A stretch of 64,000 bases of DNA from Phoronis australis (GCA_002633005.1 NMRA01000059.1:106934-170933); one strand, 5' to 3'. Positions 26,201 to 36,765 are shown, counted from the first letter of the stretch. Notes: generated by a model from the letters alone, not told the origin. A program made the numbers and translations.

Positions 26201-29200
26201 TGAGGACTAAGCAATATTACATTAATCTGGTAGATGAAAGCAATTTTGCATATCTACTGATAGTGAGAACTGAGCAATATTACATTTATACTGGTAGGGG
26301 AATGAGCAATATTACATTTATACTGGTAGAGGAATGAACAATATTACATGTATATATTACATGTATATTGGTAGTGAGGACTGAACAATATTACATTTAT
26401 ACTGGTAGTGGAATGAACAATATTACATGTATATATTGCATGTATATTGATAGTGAGGACTGAGCAATATTACTTTTATGCTGGTAGAGGAATGAACAAT
26501 ATTACATGTATATATTACATGTAGTGGTGACTATATACATAGTTGTCAGGACCTTCCTTTAATTGAGCAAATAGGGTAACACTAAATACATTATTTTTGT
26601 CTTGTTTATTTTTGGAAAGTAAATATTACCTAATGTTACTTGGTCATATTTGACGTTTATTTGCCAGCAGAACACAATGGAATGTTGGTGGTGTTACTTT
26701 GTACTAGTTTCCAGGTGTCAGTTCCTTTAGGATAGTAATCTTTTCAATTATTCCAAAACTACATGTATTTTTGAAAGTCCACACAGTGGGCTTGTAACTT
26801 GACCACTATTTTAAAAATTATACTCACAACAAGCTCAGCCAAGGAACATAACTGGTTTTGGTCTCTGTTCCTTCTTTTGAAAATCAAGTCGGTGGTGCTG
26901 TATTATTTCACTTGTTTACTTCTTCAAATTAAACTATTAATCTAACAGACCTGCAAAGTTATGAGTCTAGGTAGAAACCAAAATAAATACTTACAGGCTG
27001 CCTGGTACAAGTTGTACCAAGTTGTACCAGATGTAATCAGCCTATTGCACTGATCGCCTGGAACCATTTTGTGCTTTATTAATATGCAGTTAAAACTGAG
27101 CTGACTTGTTAGAGACCTGACTCAAGAGTCTAGCAGTGTAGCCCAGTGGCACTCAAGGGTCTAGCAGTGTGGCCCAGTGGCACTCAAGGGTCTAGCAGTG
27201 TGGCCCAGTGGCACTCAAGGGTCTAGCAGTGTGGCCCAGTGGCACTCAAACCCATGGGCACCTATCCCAATAGGTCACACACCCATCACACCAGGTCACA
27301 CTGCCTCTTCCGGTGTAAAGACCAAAACAACTAATACTTGTTTGGCCTTAACTGTTGCTTAGTGATTGGTTATCTTCCACGTTGTACACATGAGTGTGAC
27401 TCTGTTACATGTTCAACTGTCCCTCACCATGTTCTTGGCCTTTTGCTGAGCACCAAAACATGAAAGCAATGTTTGGGACCTCTGGTATGTCAGCCAATCA
27501 TGAGCTGATATTCTATTACCAATGCAGACACTTGGCTCAGTGCATTGGCTTAGTAAGCCCCCTGGCTCAAATAGCATGCCACCTGTTTCAAATTGCCAGG
27601 ACACACTGCCCTTCTACACTGACACGACTGGTTCCCAAAGTTGAAGTCAAGACAATCTCCCTTACAAGTTGACTGCAGTGAGACTAGACAGGGTCTAGAA
27701 ATGGTAGGACTGTTGGCTAGCTTAAGTTGGGTGTTTTTTTTTGTTGACTTTGTTTATACCATACAGACCATCATTACACTTAAAGTTGTTAGGTCTATCG
27801 TGTTTTTAATGTTATGTGAGTATTATTATGATTTTGTGTGTTCTTGAGTTGATGCATTTTAGCTTAGGGAGAAGTTGTGTAGTGCTTATAGTCAATATAT
27901 ATTTTTGGTCTGTTCTATGCTGTGGCTTGTTTTGTGTGGACTGTCTCATGTACAGAGGTTGTTTTGTGTGGGCTGTCTCATGTACAGAGGTTGTTTTGTG
28001 TGGGCTGTCTTATGTACAGTGGTTGTTTTGTGTGGGCTGTCTCATGTACAGACTCAGGTTGTTTTGATATGACTATAAAATGAGAATGTTGAGTCAGTGG
28101 GCCAGGGCTTCTTATCCAGTAAATGAAGTACAAAGTTTACAAAATGTTCATTATTTTAGTCACTGTCTGGTGAACAAGTAAAATTTCATATTGCGGAAAA
28201 TAATCATGAAGAAAGTTGAATTCAGTATTGATGTGGTTTGAAGCAAAGGCAGTTTGTAGTATAGGTGTCACTGAACATTGGTGAACTGTTGATTATGTGT
28301 TGCACTGTAGCTTACTGTTCAGAAAGGCTTTCGGAAACATTTTGTGTTAGACAAAATTAAATGTTATTTGGTATTAACTATAAGTAGTGTGAGACCAGCT
28401 CATGTTTCAAAAAATTGTAGAGGCAAGCATTCCTCTTCATTATTAGTGCAAGAATGATTTAGGATTACTGTAACTTATGTATTATGTTTCTTTAAATAAT
28501 GATCTACTGGTACATGTTTGAGGCCCATATTATTTTATGCTTGTTGACTGGGTGTTTAGGGCAACTTTCATACCTTGTTTGTCACCATTCTCATCTCGTC
28601 TTTCCATATGTAAAGCCCGTCTTTATGGGACAGTCATTATTGATGTTTGTTCTGGTGGTTGGCTTTGTGAATCTGTACCTGTATACAGACATACCCTATA
28701 CCTACACCTGTTTACAGACATACTCTTACACCTACATCTGTATACAGACATACTCCTACACCTGTATACAGACATACTCCTACACCTACATCTGTATACA
28801 GACATACTCTTACACCTGTATGCAGACATACTCTTACACCTACACCTGTATGCAGACATACTCTTACACCTACACCTGTATACAGACATACTCTTACACC
28901 TACACCTGTATACAGACATACTCCTACACCTGTATACAGACATACTCTTACACCTACACCTGTATACAGACATACTCCTACACCTGTATACAGACATACT
29001 CTTACACCTACACCTGTATACAGACATACTCCTACACCTGTATACAGACATACTCTTACACCTACACCTGTATACAGACATACTCCTACACCTGTATACA
29101 GACATACTCTTACACCTACACCTGTATACAGACATACTCCTACACCTGTATACAGACATACTCTTACACCTACACCTGTATACAGACATACTCCTACACC

Positions 29201-32200
29201 TGTATACAGACATACTCTTACACCTACACCTGTATACAGACATACTCCTACACCTGTATACAGACATACTCTTACACCTACACCTGTATACAGACATACC
29301 CTTACACCTACACCTGTATGCAGACATACCCTTACACCTACACTTGTATACAGACATACTCTGATACCTACATCTGTATACAGACATACTCCTACACCTA
29401 CAGCTGTATGCAGACATACTCCTACATTTTTAAACACTTGAGTCAAACTAAGGAAAAACTTCTTCAATGGAAATGTCCCTTTATTTGAAAGTGGAAGTTT
29501 TGCTCAAAAACAATATTTTGAATATTGTCTATTGGACTAAATCATACATGTATGTCATGGTAAATTTTAATTTGTTTGTATGGTATGTATCAAATGTTTT
29601 TGAAAAACATTCCTAAGTGCTCTAATCTGTGTATGGTTGCTCACATAGCCCTGTTATATCTTTGCAGAAAATGTAAGGCTGATTCACATGAGACGTGCCC
29701 TATTTTTAATTGGAAGACTAGCGACTGGGATCATACTGGACAAAGAGAAGTTACATGTGAAACTCCTGGTAGGGTTGTTTGTTTCATTGACTACTTGACT
29801 TAAGACATGATGTACTCTTAATGTGAGGTTACTGACAAAGTCATTGTAGAACTGGCTTTGTTCTTGATACATGTTATTTATGTCTGGTAAGCACAACAAC
29901 TACTATTAATAAAGTAGGACTGCTGTTTTTAGCCAAACTCACCTGTTATTATTATGATTCATAAATACAAATGCAATAAAAACAAATGTAGTCATCTCTA
30001 ACTCTATTTTTGTGTTGCTAATACAAAAGGCTAAAATGTCGATGTCGTTCTTTCCCGCTCACCTGGATGATCATGTCACAGTGAATTTTCACTTTCTCTT
30101 CAACGTTTCCATTCAGACTATTCTCGAGTTGTTTTAGCTTTCCTTGGAAACACTGAGTTTCAAGCTTTGAAGATGCTAAACGCCCGTTCTCGAGATTTGT
30201 TGTCATTATTTTAAAGTTAGACCTCTAAGTTGTGATTCGAGAGTTGTCTCAATTTGTTCCATGTGAAGGTTTGAAATGATTTCCAAACTTTGTGAAAAAC
30301 TAACAATGTGTTATTACATAGAGCTGAAGCCAGTAAGCTCGACTTGTTTGGTGGTGAAGCAAAGAGGCAGTCTGTTCAGTGGAGCATAGGCTAGTTGCCT
30401 GGCTGGACACTAGGTGGGGTTGCTACTTACAGTACATGATCCCTGGGACTTGTGACCTCTAGTATATGGCCAATCTAAAATGACTTGCTTCTCAGTGCAA
30501 ATTTCATAATTTCGTTGGCAACAGCTGAAAGAAACATTAAATGTGTTAAAACTGTTTCATTAGCCAACATGTCATCTGTTCCTGGTGTAGATAGAACATA
30601 GTCTTGTAGAAACATATTCTAGCTACAAGAAATATATACCTAACCCTTTAAACTATTGTTGTTGCCTCGTATTAGAACTTTAATAAGTATTATTATTATA
30701 TGTGTAAAAAGGTTCTTATTACTGAGGTTCATTTGTTGAAAATTGTTGAAAATGATTAATTGTTTCCTTTACCGAATAGAACAGCTTTATCTGTTCATTT
30801 TTTATGCCTAGTTACAGCACAAATGTGGTGTGAGTTGAAAACAATGATAACAATAAAAGTATCATATAATGATATATCTTTATCAGTTTTGTGGGACCAA
30901 ATGTTTATGTGATAAAAAAGCTGTCTTTACAATTCCTCAATATTTTATCAGCAGTAGTCGGGCTACTCCCAACATTAATATTTTCAACTTTTATTTGAAT
31001 GATTATCAGCATTAAGACTAAATATTGCACATAAAGTTTTCGACCCCCTACAGGTGGAATTAAAGTGACCGGTGGCTGCATGGAGTGGTCTAAGCCGTCA
31101 GAGTTCAAGCAGTGCAGTGTGCCCTGTGGTCAAGATGGCAAGTGTGTGGATGGTATCTGTCAGTGTCGGGCTGATTATGAAGGTGAGGCTTGGCTACATG
31201 TTGCGACTTGACACCAGATGTCTCTGGAGACCAGTACTTCTTACGCATTTCCTCAGTTTCAGATCACGCAAGTACTGACCTCTTCAGTTGACATTCAATC
31301 TTTTATGTTTCATGAAGGCTTTTAAAACTTTCTCATTTAGTGTAGTAGCATTAATTATAATCAATTGTGGTTATTGACTATTTGTACGAATTCGCCACTT
31401 GATGCTTGACAATGAGGTGTTGTATCCAAACTACAAATAATGCTGCGTGTTTGGAACAAGCAGGCTTTAAAACCCTTCTCCTGCTTACCACTGGCTTATC
31501 CGGTTTCAACATTCCAGTATGTCTGGCTAATACCGGGCGTCTCCGGCTGACCAGCATTCACCTAAGTAGGTCAAACTCAATTAAAAAATAGTGGTCAATC
31601 AGAAAATTTAAAAGGGTCTAGTTAGGCTGGGTTGCTTCAGATAAGGCATAAGATTCCAAGTATTCATGAAAGACTGTTAGTGATTGGCTAATTGAGCAAT
31701 ATTGGTCTGGGATTCCATATTGAGCATGGGATTTTCCAGTCTCACTGCACACTGGTAACTTATCTTGATTTACCTGTGGTTCTGAGGCCTCTTGTTTGAA
31801 ATGAACACTTGATAATGAATTCAGAACACTTCTACCCTAACTTTTTTAATTGACTTATGGTCATATGTTTTGGTTATTTGTGTTTATTTGCATGAGATGA
31901 GAATATTGAAAACTGTTGTATTTTACACCATTACCGGTGTTCCATTAGTCATCAGCAGCATATATCATAATTATCTTCCTGATTAATATGATAGAGATGA
32001 AGCTGATTTTATGAGCTTCACAATGATGTATAATAATACATGGTATGTAAATCAAACTGGTTTGTTAAATTTTTGATTAAAACAATTGAGTGTGTTAATA
32101 CTGAGCTTGACCTAAAAATAGCTAGCCAGCTGGTCTGGACACTGGTTACAGTGTGTAGCACCACAAGGGATGCCAAAGGCAGTCATACTGCTTAAACAAC

Positions 32201-34719
32201 AATGCACTACAATCATTTTTGCACTGCCACCTAAGTGTGCGTGTAGTGAATGTGAACTTTAAAGTCAGCGCATAACATAATTATGCAAACAACAACATTG
32301 TATTAATCGATGTTTCGGTTTATTGTCTCTAAACCATTCTCAAGACAAATGTTCTCAATACTCCAATCAGGTAACACGGATGGAGAACAGTCTGCACAGG
32401 TATACATCAAAATGCAATGTGAGGGGAGAGACCAGAAATCAAAACAGTTGGAGCTCAAACGAACCAATGTTTCTATTGAGATAGCCCTCAGCATGATTCA
32501 ACCATATATGCATAGCCTCCTTTGTGGGGAGCCCGAGGGTGGTATTAGCCGTGTCCAAAATTTGAACACCAGAGTCTCCTGTAGTGCGACTGAAACGTTG
32601 ATTAAATTAATACAATGTTGTTGTTTACATATGCACTTATTTTAAAGTTCTTATTCATATTTTGGCCTAAACCAAATGTGATCAAGTAGTGAATAGGAGA
32701 TAAAGTAACAACTGTACTGATGCTGTGCTTAGTCATGTCTAGAACACTTCTATATACTCAAGTGGTCACGAAACCTTTGTTAAAGCAAGTCATTGATATT
32801 TACAGGTGATGGCTTCAACTGTTTTCCTAAGTACGGCTGTCGCTCTAATCAACACTGTGTCATTAACGACACCTATTGTGATCAAAAGACATCCACGTGC
32901 TTGTGTAGAAAGGGCGTCTTACTAAATGGTAATATTTTCTTTATGTTGTTTGTGTTTCTTGCTGTTGGTCTTGTTGTTTACCAGCTTTATGCTTCAATTT
33001 CCTGTTATCCCAAAATTTATTATTTGCAAATTGTTGAAAATGAACCAAAAATTGTCATGGAAATGAGTATTGTTATGCCAGGGTTGTCATGGTTTCAGTT
33101 CTGACAAAGGTTGTACCATTACCAACAAGAAGTATAATGAAAGAAATCCAAAATGATGCACCCATCAACACGACATGCTTCTTGGGCTTAAAGTGTCATT
33201 GAACCCATCCTTTCTGTTGAAAAAACAAGTTGGTGTTAGTTCAGTCAACTTGGTATAAGTTTTGATTGAAGTGTTTACTCCCCTGGTACCACGCACATCT
33301 ATTCTGTTCTACTGAAGAAGATATGGACAACCCTTCAACCACGTCATTCTAGGAATTTTCTGTTCACTTTCACCAGCTCACCCAGACCTTTGATTGCTGG
33401 TCAGAATGAGGCAACAAGTTTTATAATTTGCATGGAACTCACATTCTGTGATACCATTGGCTAGTACAGTAATGGATCAAGTGTGAGTCATAGCACCGGT
33501 TTGCATGTTGACTGGAGCACCACGCCATATTAATTTGGTGTATTTTCCAAACGCAACAAATGTTGCATTTATGTAAGACATTGATAAAATACAGGTCATG
33601 TGACAATATACAGGTCACATGACAACATGCAGGTCACGTGACAAAATGCAGGTCTTGTTGCAAAATACAGGTCACATGACTACAATCATACAGGCTTTAT
33701 TGCTGGACACTTTGTATGTTTCTCTGCTCACCAAAGATTTTTTAAAATAATTATGTAGTTTAATAGTTAGAAAGTAGCATTCTAGATAATATTTTAAGAA
33801 ACTTGACAATGAAGATAGCCTTCTATGACTAGTTTGTTCTTTTCCTGCTGTTTTGTCATTGTCTCCTGAGAGGAGCCTGGTACAGTGTGTGTCGTCTTAA
33901 CACTCTGGTGCTGTCATAACACTTTGTGTCCTTTTCTTGACAGATACCTTCTGCAGTGTCAATGGTCAATCTCCAGGAGTGACAGGTTTCCAGTTTGACA
34001 CAGACAATTGGCAAACATGGTTAATCCTTGCTTGTGTGGCTCTTGTTGTAATTGTGGTCGTCGTCATCCTCATTTGTCTGGTATGTAGACGCAAACGACG
34101 TGGGGATGCAGAGATTGACCTACATCAACACCTCAACAATCTGCCACCTCCTAAAAAGATCAACAATGATCTGTCAACTAACTTAGGGCCGGCCGGCAAG
34201 TATACAAAAAACAGATTCTCTGGAAGCCATTTACCGTCCAATTATGACAAAAATTTAAAGATTTACGGTCGTCTGATGAAGGTGAAGGAGGTAGAACGAG
34301 GTGATTCTGGCAACATCTACGTAAGTGGGTCACCTGAATCAGACTTAAGTGACGACGTGTTTCTTGACGATCCTCCCGTGGTTCAGTTGCCGCCACTCTC
34401 GGCTGATTTACTAGAGGAGGCTACGCGGCAGAATAGAAACCTTCACTGTCCAGTTGTGGAATCTGCCGCAACGGAGCGTCTTCCTAAACCAATATTGAAA
34501 AAGACTAGTGCTTATGACAGGAGTACTTGTAGTGCAAGTGACGACTCCTCGTCTGAGGAGGAGGGTGAACGAGGATCAACACTTTCTGACAAAGAGTGGG
34601 AGCCACCTAAGTCACCAACATGCATTGAAGATGCATTGGCAATGATGCCACATTATAGTGAAGACTTGTCACGGCGCATTGTGGCAAACAGTAATGAGTA
34701 CACATCATTTGATGTATGA
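7968..34719 (+). CDS. THSD7: THSD7A/B-like thrombospondin type-1 repeat membrane protein, 5'-partial spliced gene
   Basis: join(7968-8208,12644-12792,13123-13228,14124-14227,14462-14725,15486-15671,16131-16367,16653-16820,17721-17891,18258-18407,20786-20971,21676-21803,22097-22247,[exon in gap],24078-24246,25493-25748,29668-29768,31054-31182,32806-32928,33944-34719). All junctions are GT-AG and phase-consistent except across the N gap. Encodes alternating TSP1 repeat types (CPxDCxxSxWSxWSxC..RxR and YxWxxxxWxxC..CGxGxxxRxVxC), EGF-like modules, one TM helix and a cytoplasmic tail. Start lies upstream of the window. Confidence 0.85.
8677..9030. repeat. Minisatellite, ~49-bp unit x7+, runs into gap
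   Basis: AGGCATAGCCTTCTTGTGACGCAAGGTGTATATGGTGCGGGCCTCAGAT variants. Confidence 0.9.
12110..12310. repeat. Minisatellite, 38-bp unit x5
   Basis: GATCACATGACCATGTCTTTAGTGTGGTGCATTCATTT. Confidence 0.93.
12644..12792 (+). CDS. THSD7: THSD7-like exon (TSP1)
   Basis: ttgcag|..|gtataa; YVWHNSTWLQC..CGPGYKTRQVTC. Confidence 0.88.
13123..13228 (+). CDS. THSD7: THSD7-like exon (TSP1), below ORF-track cutoff
   Basis: tttcag|..|gtaggt; VKAISKSACVVECPVDCQLGEWTQWQLCTEKCEQI. Confidence 0.88.
13233..13600. repeat. Minisatellite, 46-bp unit built from 11-12-bp subunits
   Basis: ATGTGTCTTGTAATGTGTCATGCAATGGTCATGTAATGGTTATGTT; begins about 4 nt after the donor at 13229. Confidence 0.93.
14124..14227 (+). 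CDS. THSD7: THSD7-like exon
   Basis: ttacag|..|gtatgt; RQRPLLAEPRHGGKTCPTMTESRVCNSEECFWWHT. Confidence 0.88.
14462..14725 (+). CDS. THSD7: THSD7-like exon (TSP1 x2 halves)
   Basis: cttcag|..|gtgagg; GTWSPC..CGIGSRIRSVYC..CPEDCQVSPWSEWSECSVSCG. Confidence 0.9.
14748..15001. repeat. Minisatellite, 33-bp unit x~8
   Basis: AGCTATATGATGATGTCTAGTTCATGTTCATGT. Confidence 0.95.
15486..15671 (+). CDS. THSD7: THSD7-like exon
   Basis: tttcag|..|gttggt; QTRPCNRFSCPQYLWQVVSWSLC..CGRNNGYQTRDVYCE. Confidence 0.9.
16131..16367 (+). CDS. THSD7: THSD7-like exon
   Basis: ttacag|..|gtgagg; CDLPCPINCKMTGWSKWSKCSTTCG..GGRSCP. Confidence 0.9.
16653..16820 (+). CDS. THSD7: THSD7-like exon, not in ORF track
   Basis: cactag|..|gtatgt; GTEIRQRKCQNLPTCPSFKWVINRWSHC..CGHGKQTRNVSC. 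Confidence 0.88.
17721..17891 (+). CDS. THSD7: THSD7-like exon
   Basis: ttccag|..|gtaaga; CFRSCDGDCPLTDWGSWSPCSQSCG..RFRQR. Confidence 0.9.
17914..18063. repeat. Minisatellite, 29-bp unit x5
   Basis: AGTTTGTTGGTTGTGCTTCATTGAGATCC. Confidence 0.95.
18258..18407 (+). CDS. THSD7: THSD7-like exon, not in ORF track
   Basis: ttccag|..|gtgagt; TEPCGFNKCPRYSWLAGPWTSC. Confidence 0.88.
18555..20317. mobile_element. Non-autonomous Kolobok-like DNA transposon with TTAA TSD
   Basis: TTAA|GGCAGGTGGATACAT ... GTGTATACACCCCCT|TTAA; empty-site sequence preserved in the adjacent repeat unit; CpG-rich relative to flanks. Confidence 0.75.
20447..20560 (-). mobile_element. tRNA-derived SINE fragment
   Basis: Minus strand GGAGGCAGTTTGTCCTAGTGGGATAAG..AGTTCGAGTCCCACTTGGGTACACTGCTAGACCC (A/B-box like); related copy at 27100-27308. 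Confidence 0.6.
20786..20971 (+). CDS. THSD7: THSD7-like exon, not in ORF track
   Basis: ctgtag|..|gttaga; CGEGKQTRNLLC..CNVPCPVDCHVSDWMEGVCSRKCGQ. Confidence 0.9.
20993..21208. repeat. G-rich minisatellite, ~36-bp unit x6
   Basis: GGGAATACTTTAGGGGCCTGTTGCTGGGGGGACTA variants. Confidence 0.9.
21470..21670. repeat. Degenerate (ATT)n low-complexity tract ending at the acceptor 21675
   Basis: ATT/GTT/ACT triplets. Confidence 0.8.
21676..21803 (+). CDS. THSD7: THSD7-like exon (alternative in-frame ends 21836, 21869, 21902)
   Basis: ctgtag|..CCG|gtgagt; GLKTFTRNILTAAENGGRPCP..CTDLYWTVSP. Confidence 0.85.
21774..21910. repeat. 33-bp unit x4 spanning an exon/intron junction
   Basis: TGATCTATACTGGACTGTGTCACCG|GTGAGTAC. 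Confidence 0.95.
22097..22247 (+). CDS. THSD7: THSD7-like exon, not in ORF track
   Basis: tgtcag|..|gttagt; WTKC..CGSGTRKRHVRC..KPATSEECDKPCQ. Confidence 0.9.
22250..22795. repeat. Minisatellite, perfect 70-bp unit x7.7+, runs into gap
   Basis: CTGTTAACTAATTTTACTTGATGTGAAATGATAGTATCGAGCCATGATGAGATCTACTATAGTTATGTTA. Confidence 0.97.
23729..24050. repeat. Minisatellite, 52-bp unit x6+, emerges from gap
   Basis: CAGTATTATGTTATGTCATTATACCTTGCTAACAGATAATACAACATAGTGG. Confidence 0.95.
24078..24246 (+). CDS. THSD7: THSD7-like exon
   Basis: ttgcag|..|gtaagt; GDWSVC..CGRGTRTRTIKC. Confidence 0.88.
25493..25748 (+). CDS. THSD7: THSD7-like exon
   Basis: gcctag|..|gtgagt; CGAPCPGDCKLTSWSSWGPC..QVRSRSIV..ACP. 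Confidence 0.9.
26092..26525. repeat. Degenerate minisatellite, ~33-45-bp units
   Basis: CTGGTAGTGAGGACTGAGCAATATTACATGTATA variants. Confidence 0.85.
27100..27308 (-). mobile_element. tRNA-derived SINE copy with internal 31-bp tandem amplification
   Basis: Shares GGGTCTAGCAGTGT..CCCA and ACTGCCTC with 20447-20560; CTCAAGGGTCTAGCAGTGTGGCCCAGTGGCA x4. Confidence 0.6.
27927..28066. repeat. Minisatellite, 32-bp unit x4
   Basis: GTTGTTTTGTGTGGGCTGTCTCATGTACAGAG. Confidence 0.9.
28676..29426. repeat. Minisatellite with alternating 30/24-bp units (54-bp higher-order repeat)
   Basis: ACCTGTATACAGACATACTCTTACACCTAC and ACCTGTATACAGACATACTCCTAC. Confidence 0.97.
29668..29768 (+). CDS. THSD7: THSD7-like exon
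   Basis: ttgcag|..|gtaggg; CPIFNWKTSDWDHTGQREVTC. Confidence 0.88.
31054..31182 (+). CDS. THSD7: THSD7-like exon (VTGGC motif plus EGF-like module)
   Basis: ctacag|..|gtgagg; GGIKVTGGCMEWSKPSEFKQCSVPCGQDGKCVDGICQCRADYE. Confidence 0.88.
32306..32347 (-). ncRNA. Penelope-type minimal hammerhead-like motif
   Basis: Minus strand GTC-TTGAGAA-T-GGTTTA(gagacaa)TAAACC-GAAA-CATC-GAT; perfect 6-bp stem II. Confidence 0.45.
32806..32928 (+). CDS. THSD7: THSD7-like exon (second Cys-rich EGF/EB-like module)
   Basis: ttacag|..|gtaata; GDGFNCFPKYGCRSNQHC..YCDQKTSTCLCRKG. Confidence 0.85.
33590..33680. repeat. Short degenerate ~19-bp repeat x5
   Basis: CAGGTCACATGACAAAATA variants. Confidence 0.75.
33944..34719 (+). 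CDS. THSD7: THSD7-like terminal exon: TM helix and about 210 aa cytoplasmic tail
   Basis: tgacag|; WLILACVALVVIVVVVILICLVC followed by basic RRKRR; ends YTSFDV-TGA. Confidence 0.9.
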
Positions 34720-34930
34720 TTTATGTTAATGGCTGCATGATGTCACCACAGTATTGTGCATATGATTATGTTAATGGCTGTATGATGTCACCACAGTATT
34801 GTGCATATGATTATGTTAATGGCTGTATGATGTCGCCACAGTATTGTGCATATGATTATGTTAATGGCTGTATGATGTCACCACAGTATTGTGCATATGA
34901 TTATGTCAATGGTGGCATGATGTCATCACT
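34715..34930. repeat. Minisatellite, 45-bp unit x~4.7, starting at the stop codon
   Basis: TATGATTATGTTAATGGCTGTATGATGTCACCACAGTATTGTGCA. Confidence 0.93.
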
Positions 34931-35691
34931 GTAATGTCACAGTTACTTTATACCTCCCAACCTCGTCTAGTGCATCTAGGGCTTCCGGTGCATCTGACTA
35001 CTCCAAGTATCTTTACAACTTGTCAAACATCCATCATGTGTGTGGCAGTGCACACTAATGTGCAGTGTAAAGAGTGGACACCAATGTGCAGTGCAAAGAA
35101 TGCACACCAATGTGCAGTGCATACCAATGTGCAGTGCAAGACACTGCTGTCAGTCATAGGCTCTACATATAGAGAATTTCTCTAACTTTTCTTGACATAA
35201 TCAACCTGCTAACTCTATGCATGTACAATTCATCAAGTTTGTGACCTGTGTACACTTACTGTACTACATCATTATGCTTCTGCCAAGCATAATGGGAGGT
35301 GGTCCAAAGTGAGCATGACTAAACTAAGTGTAGTTTTTACATTGTTTGTGGCCACATTCTGCCACTGAAGCCCATTCGTTATGTAATAGTGTTTATTGTA
35401 CTTATACCTTATTTCCATATATTTTAAGAGGTTTCATTTTGTTAAAAACTTTTAACTATGCATTGTACAGTTGTGCTTGAGGTTTTATACACTTGCTTCG
35501 CTTGTGGCTTTGTTGTAAAGTTTCAAAGTGAGGTTAGAGCCCACCAACAAGTCCCTCCATGTGGCTCATTATCTTAGTGTTACCGTAGCAATACGTTGTT
35601 TTAACTTTGTTTTAGTCTCCATGCAGTTCATGGCGTCAACTCTCCAAGATACGTGCCCTAGTTCACTATACTACAACAAGAAATGAAGGTC

Positions 35692-35871
35692 CTACATTCA
35701 ATTACACAACATGCAATTACACAACATTCAATTACACTACATTCAATTACACTACATTCAATTACACTACATTCAATTACACTACATTCAATTACACTAC
35801 ATTCAATTACACTACATTCAATTACACTTCATTCAATTACACTACATTCAGTTACTCTACATTCAATTACA
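35692..35871. repeat. 15-bp unit x12
   Basis: TACATTCAATTACAC. Confidence 0.95.
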
Positions 35872-36571
35872 GCAACTGCCACCTACCCAGCCAAACACTG
35901 AGGTGTTGATTTATTCCAAACATGACATCATGACTGCAGAATCTGTCCTGTAGATCTGGACATTGTTGCTATTCCATAATCCAAGATATTTCATTGCAAA
36001 TTTCTGACAAGTTACCAACCTTATAGAAGTTGGGTTCTGTTTGTGGATTCATGTTGGTTCTGTTTGTGGATTCATGTGTTCTGTCCGTAGGAATAATACA
36101 AATCCTGTGATCTACTCTTAACCCACTATCTTGGTGTGTTGCCGTTATGATTTAGACTCGTGGGGTATGTTTAAGTTCATGATTTTGTCACGGATAATGA
36201 GCACAAAAACCCGAGTGTACATGTGTGTAAAAAGAGTAAATGTTTGTAAGTTTTCTATGCTAACATATAACTCAATTTCAATTTGTAATTTTTAAGAAAG
36301 TTGAATATTATTTTTTTTTATCTAAGTATCTGGATGCTAAGGTGACCTGGAGTATCACATAACATTCTCTCAATCAGCTCTGACCTGGCGGACTCAGGCT
36401 TACTGTTTGCTTCATTTTTGTGCATTTAGCGCACAATTTACAATTTACCTGGAAAGTTTACTTACCTATGTGTTTGTGACAGACTAAACAATCACTGCTT
36501 TTTTCCAGCGAGTTCGTCTTTATGACAATAAACATTGAAGGTACAGTTAGTCCTTGCTACATCTGTATGTT

Positions 36572-36765
36572 GTGTTACTATTATTGAGAGGTGGACCATT
36601 TCAGTGTTACTATTATTGAGAGGTGCACCATTTCAGTGTTACTATTATTGAGAGTTGCACCATTTCAGTGTTACTATTATTGAGAGGTGCACCATTTCAG
36701 TGTTACTATTATTGAGAGGTGCACCATTTCAGTGTTACTATTATTGAGAGGTGCACCATTTCAGT
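36572..36765. repeat. Minisatellite, 32-bp unit x6
   Basis: GTGTTACTATTATTGAGAGGTGCACCATTTCA. Confidence 0.95.

Noticed and set aside
28499-29488. Four overlapping 250-330 aa ORFs
   Set aside because: They are translations of the 24/30-bp minisatellite, with no splice-consistent role or domain signal.
34097-34310. Two RGD tripeptides in the THSD7-like protein
   Set aside because: Both lie after the TM helix on the cytoplasmic side, so they cannot bind integrins.
7377-36765. 29-38-bp repeats as CRISPR arrays
   Set aside because: Head-to-tail units with no unique spacers, no cas genes, and a spliced eukaryotic context.
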